Of a DNA stretch of 64,000 nucleotides, positions 9,949 through 19,753 are shown one piece after another; within the stretch, counting starts at the first letter, position 1, and every line of letters begins with the position of its first letter. Location: NCBI GenBank assembly GCA_964416155.1, contig CAYQCW010000003.1, positions 151,336 through 215,335 of the forward strand. The letters are read 5' to 3'. This DNA comes from an uncultured Nitrososphaerota archaeon. Lineage in GTDB: Archaea; Thermoproteota; EX4484-205; JAAOZP01. The position numbers and the translations under genes were made by a program. The notes below the pieces were generated by a model, which ran no database searches, was not told the origin of the DNA, and saw only the letters and a list, made by a program, of their open reading frames with translations.

Positions 9949-10863
9949 CTAATCTTCTCTTCTATACGGTGTTCCCAGTGCTGCAGGTGCACCGAGCCTT
10001 TTTCTCAGGAGGCCCAATGAGCTGGCAACCAGCACTACGATGGTGGAGACATATGGAAGCGCGCCGAGCAGGCTTGCCGGAACCCCGTACTCCTGAAGGT
10101 GAAACTGGAGGACCTCAACCCCTCCGAAAAGATATGCTCCAATTAGGCTTCCAAGAGGGTTCCACAGGGAAAATATTGTTAGAGCCAAGGCGATCCATCC
10201 TCTGCCCATCATCACGCCCTCCCTCCAGCCTGGAGTATAAGAGAGGGTTACGTAGGCACCGCCGAGGCCCCCGAGTACTCCTCCTAGGAAAACACACAAG
10301 TATCTAACCAAGTATACGTTGACTCCAGCGGCATCCGCAGCCTCAGGCTTCTCTCCTACTGCTCTCACTGTTATCCCAAACCTTGTTTTAAACAGGATAA
10401 GCCACATTGCTATCGAAAGCACCATTCCCAGATAGACTACCGGATCATGGCAGAATAGCCCGCCTGCTAAAGGTATTTCCGTTAAAACGGGTATTTGAAG
10501 AAGAGGGAGGCTTTCTCTAAGAGGCAGCCCCACGTATTTTGCTCCCAAGAGACTGCTAATTCCCGTCCCGAGCATTGCAAGAGCCAAGCCTGAAACAGTC
10601 TGGTTTACCCCGAGACTTATGCTCGTAAACCCGTGTATGAGTGAGAAGAGGCCTCCGGCAAGCATTGCTACGGCTAAGCCTATCCAGACTGATCCCGTGA
10701 GCCATGTTGCAGCAAAGCCCGCTAGGGCTCCGATCGTCATCACACCGTCGAGCCCAAGGTTTAAAACTCCGGATCTTTCACAGTATATTTCCCCGAGAGT
10801 CGCAAGCATCAGCGGCGTCCCGGCTCTGACTGCTTCAGCCAGTATCGAGGCAGCTAAATCCAT
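9949..10863 (-). CDS. ABC transporter permease (nucleoside/BMP-type importer, second permease)
   Basis: Polytopic membrane ORF. It follows the first permease with a 10-nt overlap. Confidence 0.7.
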   Translation of the reverse strand: MDLAASILAEAVRAGTPLMLATLGEIYCERSGVLNLGLDGVMTIGALAGFAATWLTGSVWIGLAVAMLAGGLFSLIHGFTSISLGVNQTVSGLALAMLGTGISSLLGAKYVGLPLRESLPLLQIPVLTEIPLAGGLFCHDPVVYLGMVLSIAMWLILFKTRFGITVRAVGEKPEAADAAGVNVYLVRYLCVFLGGVLGGLGGAYVTLSYTPGWREGVMMGRGWIALALTIFSLWNPLGSLIGAYLFGGVEVLQFHLQEYGVPASLLGALPYVSTIVVLVASSLGLLRKRLGAPAALGTPYRRED

Positions 10864-11930
10864 ATTCTGCTACTACCTATTTTAATCACGATTCTGTATT
10901 TGGCTAGAATCTCGCTACTTATAATGAAGAGGAGAATAATTCCGTTAAACACGTATACGAGGCTGGATGGCAGTCTGAGGGAAATCTGTATCGCATCACC
11001 ACCCACCATCAAGCCGCTTATGAAGAACGATGCTATGAGCGTCGCCAGAGGATCAAGCCCGCTGAGCCAAGCCGGGATTATCGCAGTATAACCGTAGCCG
11101 GGGGATATCCCTCTTATTAGCCGCCCATGTATGCCAGCGACCTCCCCTACTCCAGCAACTCCTGCAAGTCCTCCGCTGACCAGCATGACTAGCAGGATAT
11201 TCTTGGTTACACTTATCCCAGCATACTTAGCTGCGTCCGGATTACCTCCTACGACTTTTACCTCGTAGCCAATCTTCGTCCTCTTCATTAACACGTAGAG
11301 GATGAGTGTTGAGGCTAGGAGCAGTATGAGAGTATAGTAGTGTATTCTAGTTCCCACTATCATGGGGAACCTGGCGTAGCTTGGGAAAGGGTCTGTCTGC
11401 GGGAACCCCCACTGGGTTAACCCTCTCCATGGACCTGTCACCACATAGTCCAGCAGCTTTAAGGAGATGTAGTTCATCATAAGAGTCACTATGACCTCGC
11501 TGATGTTGAGCCTTGATTTCAGCAGCGCTGGTAACAGTGCCCATGCAGCCCCGAAAATGAAGCCCGCAAGCAGCATTACAATAATGATTATGCTTTGGGG
11601 AAGACCGGAGTATAGCACGACCCATGTTGCAGCCGTGGAGCCTATTATCAGCTGTCCCTCAGCACCTATGTTTAAAACTCTCGCCCTGTAGGCGAGGGTA
11701 AGCCCGACGGCGCATAACCCTATTGGAAGCATTTTCACAATCGTCTCACAGAAACCATACGGGCTTCCAAAGGCTCCTGTAAAAATCCTCAGATAGGCGT
11801 CGACCGGGTTCACACCGTAAGCGGCGAATAACAATCCTATAACCGGGAGTGACAGTAATACAGCGAGTATTCTAGAAGATATGTCGATCCTCCTGGATAC
11901 GGTTTGTCTTCTCTCCAGTCTTATTTCCAA
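10854..11930 (-). CDS. ABC transporter permease (nucleoside/BMP-type importer, first permease)
   Basis: Polytopic membrane ORF in an operon with the ATPase and the BMP binding protein. Confidence 0.7.
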   Translation of the reverse strand: MEIRLERRQTVSRRIDISSRILAVLLSLPVIGLLFAAYGVNPVDAYLRIFTGAFGSPYGFCETIVKMLPIGLCAVGLTLAYRARVLNIGAEGQLIIGSTAATWVVLYSGLPQSIIIIVMLLAGFIFGAAWALLPALLKSRLNISEVIVTLMMNYISLKLLDYVVTGPWRGLTQWGFPQTDPFPSYARFPMIVGTRIHYYTLILLLASTLILYVLMKRTKIGYEVKVVGGNPDAAKYAGISVTKNILLVMLVSGGLAGVAGVGEVAGIHGRLIRGISPGYGYTAIIPAWLSGLDPLATLIASFFISGLMVGGDAIQISLRLPSSLVYVFNGIILLFIISSEILAKYRIVIKIGSSRIWI

Positions 11931-11982
11931 TCTTCACACCACTGCTTCAATAAGCATGTTTTAACACTTCTCTTGACCATGG

Positions 11983-13497
11983 CTACGCTGCTCCCGCGGT
12001 CATCGCAAGCCCAACTTCGCTGATTGACACGCCTTCCCCAAACTCTCTGACTATTTTACCCTCCTTCATAACAAGTATCCTATTGCTTAAAGCTAAAACC
12101 TCCTCGAGGTCTTCGGAAACCAAGAGGACACTGCCCCCGGCTTCCCTAAGCCTGTGGAAGATCCAGTGCACATAATTTGTTGAAGCAACATCCAAGCCTG
12201 AAGTGGGATTGCTTGCGACAAGAATCTTAGGATTTATCGAGAGCTCTCTCGCAACTATCAGCTTCTGAATATTCCCACCTGAAAGGAGGCTTACCGGTGC
12301 ATTCACGCTCGGTGCAACTATCTCAAACTCCTGAACAAGTTTTTCTGTTTCTCTCTGAATCGCTTCTGCATACATAAATATTCCCCTTGAAAACTTTTCC
12401 CCGTAAAGCTTCATAATCATGTTCTCCGCAACACTCAAGTCGGGTGCAACACCATATCTGAACCTGTCCTCAGGAATGTGTGCAACACCAAGCCTGATAA
12501 TCTTCTTCGGAGGACTATTAGTAACATCCATCCCCATTATTTTCACAGTTCCTTTTTCGACCCTCCTCAGTCCCGTGAGGGCTTCAACAAGCTCCCTCTG
12601 ACCATTCCCCGCTACCCCCGCTACGCCTAGGATTTCCCCCTCCTTCATAACGAAGGAAACATCCTTGACTGCTACAAGACCCCTGTCATCTAAAACCCTT
12701 AGTCTCTCAACTTCTAAAACAGGCTTGCCGCCTTTCCTAGCATTGTTAATCCTAGGCTTGAATTCCAGAGGCCTGCCGACTATCATATTAACCAAGTCAA
12801 GCCTGCTTGCTTCACGCGGCTTAACTTCAGCCGCCACGACCTTTCCTCTCCTCAGGATCGTTATGGAGTCGCTAGCCGTAAGCGCCTCGTTAAGCCTATG
12901 TGTTATCAGGATGATTGATTTGCCTGTTTCAACCATTCTCCTTAATGATTTGAAAAGCTCCTCCGACTCAATAGGTGTTAAGACGGAGGTGGGCTCGTCT
13001 AGGATTAGGAGTTTAACATTCCTGTAAAGCGTTTTTAATATTTCAACCTTCTGCTGTTCTCCTGCCGAAAGCTGCCAGATTTTCGCGTTGAGATCGATCT
13101 TTAAACCATACGTCTTAGAAAGCTCATCCATCCTACTCCTAATCCCGTTAAAACTTATCCTGAAGCCTTCCTCAACAAACAGGGCTACGTTCTCCAGAAC
13201 AGTAAGCTTATCCACAAGCATGAAATGCTGGTGAACCATCCCTATTCCCATTTTCAACGCGTCCCTAGGCGAACCTATGCTGACCCTACGGCCCTCCACA
13301 ATTATCTCCCCAGCGTCAGGCTTGTACATACCATATAGGATTCTCATAAGAGTTGTTTTACCCGCACCGTTCTCGCCTAGAAGAGCATGTATCTCTCCCT
13401 GTCTAACCCTAAAGTCGACATTATCCAGCGCGACAACCGTGGGAAACCTTTTCACAATCCCCCGCATTTCAACAAGATACTTAGAATTATTCGTCAA
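11983..13497 (-). CDS. ABC transporter ATP-binding protein with two tandem ATPase domains
   Basis: Two Walker A motifs (GENGAGKTT, GVAGNGQRE) and two LSGGxxQ signatures. ~500 aa, as in ribose/nucleoside importers. Confidence 0.8.
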   Translation of the reverse strand: MTNNSKYLVEMRGIVKRFPTVVALDNVDFRVRQGEIHALLGENGAGKTTLMRILYGMYKPDAGEIIVEGRRVSIGSPRDALKMGIGMVHQHFMLVDKLTVLENVALFVEEGFRISFNGIRSRMDELSKTYGLKIDLNAKIWQLSAGEQQKVEILKTLYRNVKLLILDEPTSVLTPIESEELFKSLRRMVETGKSIILITHRLNEALTASDSITILRRGKVVAAEVKPREASRLDLVNMIVGRPLEFKPRINNARKGGKPVLEVERLRVLDDRGLVAVKDVSFVMKEGEILGVAGVAGNGQRELVEALTGLRRVEKGTVKIMGMDVTNSPPKKIIRLGVAHIPEDRFRYGVAPDLSVAENMIMKLYGEKFSRGIFMYAEAIQRETEKLVQEFEIVAPSVNAPVSLLSGGNIQKLIVARELSINPKILVASNPTSGLDVASTNYVHWIFHRLREAGGSVLLVSEDLEEVLALSNRILVMKEGKIVREFGEGVSISEVGLAMTAGAA

Positions 13498-13549
13498 GCT
13501 TCGTCAACATCCTTTCGAGAAAAAATAGGAGGTAGAGACGTTTCTAGAA

Positions 13550-14812
13550 TCATCCTGACGGCGATCCTATTATGTTGTCTATGAACCAGTTCATCTCCTC
13601 CGTGAAAAGCTGAGCTATGGTCGCTCTCTGGCCTGCTGGAATCTTAACATTCCCCGCTTGGTCTCTTATTGGACCGGTGAACGGGTCGAAAGGCACGTTG
13701 GCATCCTTCATCAGCGTAAGCCTATTCATAACAGCGTCGTACACGCTTATGGATTGACCCGGCAGATACGTATTCTTTAAATCGTTAACGAACTTCGAGT
13801 TTATCGGCACTCCAGGCTTGCCACCGAGCTCCACTGCACCCTCCTTGAGCAGCCAAAGGTAGTCAACATTAGCCAAGTTAGTATTGTTGTAGATGCCCAT
13901 TCTGATCTTCATAAGTATGTCGGCGTAGATAACCTCCCAGTGGACTATCTGGCCGCTCACCACGACGTTGGGACCAACATCCTGCATCGGGCTGTAATGA
14001 GAGAAAACGTAGAGTTGCTTTCCTTGCCGATACTGTTCTTGAGCGAACTCAACTATGGCCGTAGAATCCTCTGTGAAGGCGATCGTATCGACACCGATGC
14101 TTACTAGTGCTTGGGCAGCCTCCCTAGCGCCAGTCGGATTATACCATGCGAAAAGCCATCTCACATAGACCTTCGCCTCAGGATTAGCCTCCTTAACACC
14201 CAGTGCGAAAGCATTGATGTGTCTGAGGACTTCCGGTATCGGATAGGCCGCCACATAGCCCACCTTGTTGCTCTTGGTCAAGGCACCAGCCATCAACCCG
14301 TTCAGATAATAAACCTGGTAGAAGTCCGCAAAGTATGTTCCGGAGTTAGGAGCTCTTTTGAAACCGCTGCAGTGGAAGAACATTTTATTAGGGTATTTCT
14401 GAGCAACCTCTATCGTTGGATCCATGAAGCCGAAGCTGGTTGTGAAAACCACGTCAACATTCTCCTCAGTAACAAGCCTCTCAATATACCTCGCAGCCTC
14501 AGCCTCTGGAACAGACTCTACGTAAATGGTTTCAAGCCACGTGAAGACTTTTTCAACATACCTCCTGCCTTGATCGTGCGCAGCAGTCCAGCCGAAGTCT
14601 TCAACAGGACCAACGTATATGAACCCTGCTTTAAGCTTCTTAGTGAGCGAGCTGACGTTTTGCTGAAGCTGGTTGTACGATGTTTGAAGCTGGTTGTATT
14701 GGGACTCGGGAACCTTGCCTGCACCGCCCACGAAGTATCCTGCAGCCAGTCCTATTATCAGGGAGATTGCTATCAGAAGAATCGTCATACCGCCTAACTT
14801 GGACAGGCTCAT
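13550..14812 (-). CDS. BMP-family (PnrA/Med-like) substrate-binding lipoprotein of the ABC importer
   Basis: N-terminal TM/signal anchor and a Q/N-rich linker, followed by a BMP domain (YVGPVEDFGWTAAHDQG...). Confidence 0.7.
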   Translation of the reverse strand: MSLSKLGGMTILLIAISLIIGLAAGYFVGGAGKVPESQYNQLQTSYNQLQQNVSSLTKKLKAGFIYVGPVEDFGWTAAHDQGRRYVEKVFTWLETIYVESVPEAEAARYIERLVTEENVDVVFTTSFGFMDPTIEVAQKYPNKMFFHCSGFKRAPNSGTYFADFYQVYYLNGLMAGALTKSNKVGYVAAYPIPEVLRHINAFALGVKEANPEAKVYVRWLFAWYNPTGAREAAQALVSIGVDTIAFTEDSTAIVEFAQEQYRQGKQLYVFSHYSPMQDVGPNVVVSGQIVHWEVIYADILMKIRMGIYNNTNLANVDYLWLLKEGAVELGGKPGVPINSKFVNDLKNTYLPGQSISVYDAVMNRLTLMKDANVPFDPFTGPIRDQAGNVKIPAGQRATIAQLFTEEMNWFIDNIIGSPSG

Positions 14813-15015
14813 TTTGGTTGAAAAGCCGCAGGAGGAGGAGCATTTAAATTTTTACAAAAAGAAAGGGAGTCCTATAGCCATTTTAAACACATAAATGTTA
14901 AATTTGACTTCCTCCAAGGGATTATGCGAGAGCAAGAGGCCATGAGGCCAGAAGCTTAAAGCACCCACTTGTATGTGAAAGCTTATATTTCTTCCCCACG
15001 AAGTGGAGACTTAAA

Positions 15016-17970
15016 GTGGTAAAGAAACTTCCAAAAAGCTGCAGAACCATGTTAAGCATAGTTGCAGTAATGCTTGTACTAGGCTCTGAAACGCTCTTCA
15101 AAGGGTTGATTACTGTTTCCGGTTCGATAATTGTCCCGGTAAAGATTAATTTAGAAGGACGGTTTGAAGCCAGAAGTATTTTGAACAGCTCTATTCTCAT
15201 AACATCAGGCACCGTGTTTCTGGGCAACGCATTGTTTCACGTTTCAGAAACTTCAGGAGGCCCCAGTAACGCTTTAAACCATGTTGCAATGAGTCAAGGG
15301 AAGCTTTACTCGGAATCCATAAGCCTCGGGGAAAACTACGTGATAAGACTGGCTGCAGTTTATACTGCTGTGGACGCTAATACGTTTAGCGTGAGCTTTG
15401 GATATGGAGATGCTTACTCTGGTTCAACCTCCATATTAATACCACGCAGCTATGGCAGACGCAGCCTCCTCATTAACGCCACCGGTATTTTAGCATTATC
15501 CGGGGACAGTGTAACCATATTTGCCGAGGGAGAAGCACTTATACCCGAGGAGAGAGAAGACTTGCGAAAAGGTTGTCTAATAGTCATAAGAAAGGAAGCG
15601 CCGAACGTGGAAGCAGTTGGATTCGAGTTTTGGGGTATTTGGGGAATAGGGGGTTGGGAGGATGATGAAAATTACTATGTGCCAGTACCTCAAGAAGGTT
15701 CTGTGACGCTTTTTGCCTTCTTAAGCCGTGAAAGCAGGCTGGCTGGATTGCTGAGCAAGTATGGCACCATGTCCTCTTCATCGAGAGGGGTGGGGATACC
15801 TATGAACATTTCCTGCAGAACAAGCAACATCAGCATAGCACTTTTGGAAGTTGAACGTCTAAAGGAGTTTCTCGAATCCTTCGCTTCCGAGGAAAGAGTC
15901 TTCCTATCTAGAATAGGTTTCGATGCTGAAAAATATTTGAAAGAAGTCGACTACGCCATGATGCTGCTAAGGGAGAGCGAGACCGCTTTCGCGAAAGGCG
16001 ATTGGGAAACTGGCTCAGGGCTCTTCGAGAAAAGCATTATTAAGACTGAGAACGCGCTTGACGCTTTAAGCCAAGCCAAGAGCGACAGTATTTCAATGTT
16101 CCTCTTCCTAATCGCATTTACCTTCTTTGTCTCATCGATCGCAGGCGCATTGATCGAGAAAAGAAGGAGGATTGTAATTACAGGGTTATTTGCAGCACTT
16201 ATTTTTATTGAAATACTGTTTATTCCACAAGCCAAGATGGCGATTGCGGTTCTTAATCCTGAAGCTATTTCTCGCCTATCGTCAGCATCAATAATCGTTT
16301 CATTGTTCACAGCCATCACAACGCTGCTGGTATTGAGCATAATGGTGCTGGAAGCCAAGGGAACGCTTCTCAGCGATCTCTTCTGGTATTCCGTCAAAAG
16401 CATGCGTAAAAGAATATTCCGGACAACTCTAACTATAGTTACTATAGCGGTTGTCTCCGCAGCCTCCAGTAGTCTCTTGGCAATCGGCACACTGACAACA
16501 ATAAGGGAGGCGGCTTACCCTTCAGAATTCCGTGGACTAAGCATCAGCGCTCACGCCACTACAGTCACTACTATTTTCAGAGGAATGGATCAGAAGAATG
16601 AGGTTTTAATCAACGAGGTTTTTCAACCAATACCGTTCTGGCAGGTGAAGTGGCTCTCCAGCATGAAAGGCGTTGAGAAAAAGTATATTGTTGCAGTCTC
16701 TCAAGCCCTCGTTTCTAAGGATGGGAGGAGAACCAGGGCCTTCTTAGTGGCCACCAACGCCTCGACACTAGAAGGGACGGCTGTTTCAGCTGATTTGGCG
16801 GAGACGCTGAATATTGCAGAAGGCGACTCCATAGTCATCATGGGAAGGAACGTTGAAGAAATCAGGGTAAGCACGGTGCTGGAAGAGCCTTTAAAGCTGA
16901 AGGATGGGGTTCCGCTAGACGAGGTTGAAGGACCCTTAGTAGTGACCAGTCTAGAGCTTTCCCCGGAGACCTTAACAGTCTACAGACTTCTGCTCGAAGG
17001 CGATTTCTCAGGCGATGTTTCTAAGAGGCTTCTAGAAACCAGTTACGAGAGAGACTCGAATTTCACAGTAGTGATGGGTGCGCAGATAACAACGCAAACC
17101 TTCAGGTCTTTCAGAATAGGTTTAGGCTCAGGAGGAGAGACTGCTTGCCTACTTATAGTGGGTGAGCTCCAGCAGTTCGCCAGCGCTCCAGAGCTACTTA
17201 TTCTAATGGGGCTCGCTTCCTTAATGATCGTAACAACGCTACTGGGCTCACTTTACGAGCGTCATGGAGAATACTCGACCCTGAGTGCACTCGGCGCCAG
17301 CCCTGGCCACGTTTCCCTCCTGCTACTCGTCGAAGGCTTAAGCTACGGTCTTTTAGGAGGAGCCCTAGGATATGTTTTAAGCCAGTTTCTTCAAACATAC
17401 ATCTTAACTCCCGTAACCCTTGTGAAGCCATATGTGTTCAGCTCAATGCTGGCCAGCTTCCTTGTAGCAACATTATCCTCCTTGGCGGGGGGCCTTATAC
17501 CGGCTAGGAAAGTCATTCTGAAAGTTGTGCCCAGCCGGTTCATGTTCAAGAAGATTGAAGAGGCTAAGCTGTTAAAGGATCATGCTGAATCAGTAATACC
17601 TTTGAGAATAGTTGATGATGTGAACTATTTCGTAGATTATGTTTCCTCGCTAACCAGGAGGCCGCCGCCAATGCTTTTGGGACCAATATATACAGAGGCA
17701 ATACCGTTAAGGGAGAAGGGCAGGATCAATGCTGTTGAACTTCTTTTAAACTACAGGGGGCAGAGGGTGGCAGCTTATAGAGTCCGCCTAGTCATACCTG
17801 AGAACCCTGGAAAAACAGTGAGAGCGCTGGCTTATTCTGCAACAGGCCAGTGGGGAATCGACCACAAGTTCTGCGCCAGAGAAATGCTGACGACGCTTAG
17901 AGAAGACCTGTTGCAATACGTAGACTGGAAGAAGCAGGTTGAAAAAGAAAGGGGGGAGGCAGCCGCTTAA
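15016..17970 (+). CDS. Large membrane protein with a duplicated FtsX-like (MacB-type) permease domain and extracellular beta-rich domains
   Basis: The C-terminal 4-TM block (LSALGASPGHV...GGALGYVL) is typical of the FtsX family. A similar block sits mid-protein. No cognate ABC ATPase is adjacent. Confidence 0.5.
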   Translation: MVKKLPKSCRTMLSIVAVMLVLGSETLFKGLITVSGSIIVPVKINLEGRFEARSILNSSILITSGTVFLGNALFHVSETSGGPSNALNHVAMSQGKLYSESISLGENYVIRLAAVYTAVDANTFSVSFGYGDAYSGSTSILIPRSYGRRSLLINATGILALSGDSVTIFAEGEALIPEEREDLRKGCLIVIRKEAPNVEAVGFEFWGIWGIGGWEDDENYYVPVPQEGSVTLFAFLSRESRLAGLLSKYGTMSSSSRGVGIPMNISCRTSNISIALLEVERLKEFLESFASEERVFLSRIGFDAEKYLKEVDYAMMLLRESETAFAKGDWETGSGLFEKSIIKTENALDALSQAKSDSISMFLFLIAFTFFVSSIAGALIEKRRRIVITGLFAALIFIEILFIPQAKMAIAVLNPEAISRLSSASIIVSLFTAITTLLVLSIMVLEAKGTLLSDLFWYSVKSMRKRIFRTTLTIVTIAVVSAASSSLLAIGTLTTIREAAYPSEFRGLSISAHATTVTTIFRGMDQKNEVLINEVFQPIPFWQVKWLSSMKGVEKKYIVAVSQALVSKDGRRTRAFLVATNASTLEGTAVSADLAETLNIAEGDSIVIMGRNVEEIRVSTVLEEPLKLKDGVPLDEVEGPLVVTSLELSPETLTVYRLLLEGDFSGDVSKRLLETSYERDSNFTVVMGAQITTQTFRSFRIGLGSGGETACLLIVGELQQFASAPELLILMGLASLMIVTTLLGSLYERHGEYSTLSALGASPGHVSLLLLVEGLSYGLLGGALGYVLSQFLQTYILTPVTLVKPYVFSSMLASFLVATLSSLAGGLIPARKVILKVVPSRFMFKKIEEAKLLKDHAESVIPLRIVDDVNYFVDYVSSLTRRPPPMLLGPIYTEAIPLREKGRINAVELLLNYRGQRVAAYRVRLVIPENPGKTVRALAYSATGQWGIDHKFCAREMLTTLREDLLQYVDWKKQVEKERGEAAA

Positions 17971-17990
17971 ACCCTTTACCTGCGGTGGCC

Positions 17991-18100
17991 AGTTAAATTC
18001 TAGGCTACGACTTCCAAATCCTATCAGCTAATTCAGATATAAGCTCTTTTAGACCTGATAATGCTGTTTCCAAAGTATTGTTCAACGAAGTGCCATTTCT
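17991..18100. repeat. Degenerate ~110-bp copy of the 3' end of the ADP-ribosylglycohydrolase gene (19769..19878)
   Basis: ~85-90% identity to 19769-19878 in the same orientation. The copy carries a frameshift and does not encode the ARH C-terminus. Confidence 0.7.
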
Positions 18101-18442
18101 CAGGTAGCGCGCACTATGAGCTGTTTAAGTAATTTTCATTAAAATAATTAGTCTTTAAATCCTCTATTATCTCGATGTTTTCTAATAATATATAGGATAA
18201 TAGTCCGAATTACTGATAGTGCTTATTTGTATTTGAGTAGACTTTCAGGAACAGAGAAGGGGGCAAACTGGTACAGGAAGAAATATGGTGTTTACGCAAT
18301 ACCAAGCACGAGAGAAAAACATGTTGAGGTGAAGCCAGCTGTTCCATGTGGATGAACATCCGGAGAAGGATTAGAACGTGCGCTGGTAGGAGATATCATC
18401 TCTGCAGCATAAGCCTTAAACACGCTCCATGGAGTATTAACG

Positions 18443-18667
18443 GTGGGGTATTATGGTGAAAAAGCTTGGAACCCCCTCGTGAAAAGTTCAGGACGAAAGT
18501 TATTAATTCTCATTCTGGTAGTTCTCTCCGTGGGTTTAATACTGCACCAGTACCTCGCCTATGGTAAGATCTTCTGGGAGGAAGATATACATCATGAAAC
18601 ATTCATCGTCGCTTTCCTATTCTGCGCCATAGTATTCTTCCTTCTGCCCCCTAGATTTGAAACTTAA
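18443..18667 (+). CDS. Small hypothetical membrane protein
   Basis: 74-aa ORF with 2 predicted TM helices. Weak support. Confidence 0.25.
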   Translation: MGYYGEKAWNPLVKSSGRKLLILILVVLSVGLILHQYLAYGKIFWEEDIHHETFIVAFLFCAIVFFLLPPRFET

Positions 18668-18746
18668 AAGCCAACCTTTTTACAACTACAGGGAATGGGA
18701 AAATCCTGTAGCAAGTTAGATTAAATCACTTTATTAACCACATATC

Positions 18747-19724
18747 TTGAAGAAAGGCATAAATGTTAACGAGCTACGTGTTTGCAAAGAAATGGTTTAT
18801 GAGGTCGCTTTGAGAACGACTGTTCCAATACTTTTGTTAATAGGTCTGGGCTACTTATCCCGGAAAACCGGCCTTTTAAAGGCAGGAGATGAACGGGTTT
18901 TAAACGCGTATATTTACTATTTTGCACTTCCATCGCTATTCATAGTAGATTTAGCTGAAACTACATTTACTTGGGAGCACGTTGAATTCATGCTAGCAGG
19001 AGTAATACCGATATTTATAGTCATGACAGCATATACTTTGCTCTACCTTGTGTTAAGATTCTCAAGAAAAACTTTCTACCTACTGGTGCTAACAACGGTT
19101 TTCGGAAGCACCGCGTTCTATGGCATCCCATTCCTCATGTTTGCTTTTCCCAGTTTTGCTGAGAACTTGGCTACGCTTGCTGCAGCGTCAATATCCATTA
19201 TAAGTGTTTCAATCTCAATAGGGCTCCTAGAGTTCTATCGGCTTGAAGATCCTAGTTTGAGAAAAAGCCTGAGAATCGTTGGAAAGAGGCTTTCTAAAAA
19301 CCCTCTGATCCTCTCCATATTAATAGGTCTCTTAATATCCCTTATGAACATAGATATCCCATACCCCTTGTCAACTATGCTTCACATGCTGGGAAACACA
19401 ACCGCAACGGTAGCGATCTTCCTGCTGGGCGTCCTATTCTACGGCAGGAGTTACAGGGGGCTAGTGGAATCATTTGGTTTAAGCCTTTTAAGAATGCTAG
19501 TATTGCCCACAATCAGCCTCTTCACCTCCCTGCTAATTGGCCTGCCATCTTTAGACAGGACTATTTTAATCATAATGCATTCTGTTCCATTAGCAGTCTC
19601 AATGATAACCCTCAGTGACCGCTATGATTTCTACAAGGAGACTATTTCTTCAGTTATTTTACTCTCGTCTTTAGGTGCAAGCATCTACCTAAATATCTGG
19701 CTTCTAATATCAGTCACCCTCTAA
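18747..19724 (+). CDS. AEC-family (auxin-efflux-carrier / Mem_trans) transporter
   Basis: ~10-TM protein with the typical AEC two-half architecture. The true start may be the internal ATG at ~18792. Confidence 0.65.
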   Translation: MKKGINVNELRVCKEMVYEVALRTTVPILLLIGLGYLSRKTGLLKAGDERVLNAYIYYFALPSLFIVDLAETTFTWEHVEFMLAGVIPIFIVMTAYTLLYLVLRFSRKTFYLLVLTTVFGSTAFYGIPFLMFAFPSFAENLATLAAASISIISVSISIGLLEFYRLEDPSLRKSLRIVGKRLSKNPLILSILIGLLISLMNIDIPYPLSTMLHMLGNTTATVAIFLLGVLFYGRSYRGLVESFGLSLLRMLVLPTISLFTSLLIGLPSLDRTILIIMHSVPLAVSMITLSDRYDFYKETISSVILLSSLGASIYLNIWLLISVTL

Positions 19725-19753
19725 ACCTGCATAACCTTCTTCTGGATAAAGGG

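Noticed and set aside
14111-14797. 228-aa plus-strand ORF
   Set aside because: Entirely antisense to the BMP substrate-binding protein gene. No motifs.
14922-15227. 101-aa minus-strand ORF overlapping the start of the FtsX-like gene
   Set aside because: Overlaps a better-supported gene and the divergent promoter region. No features.
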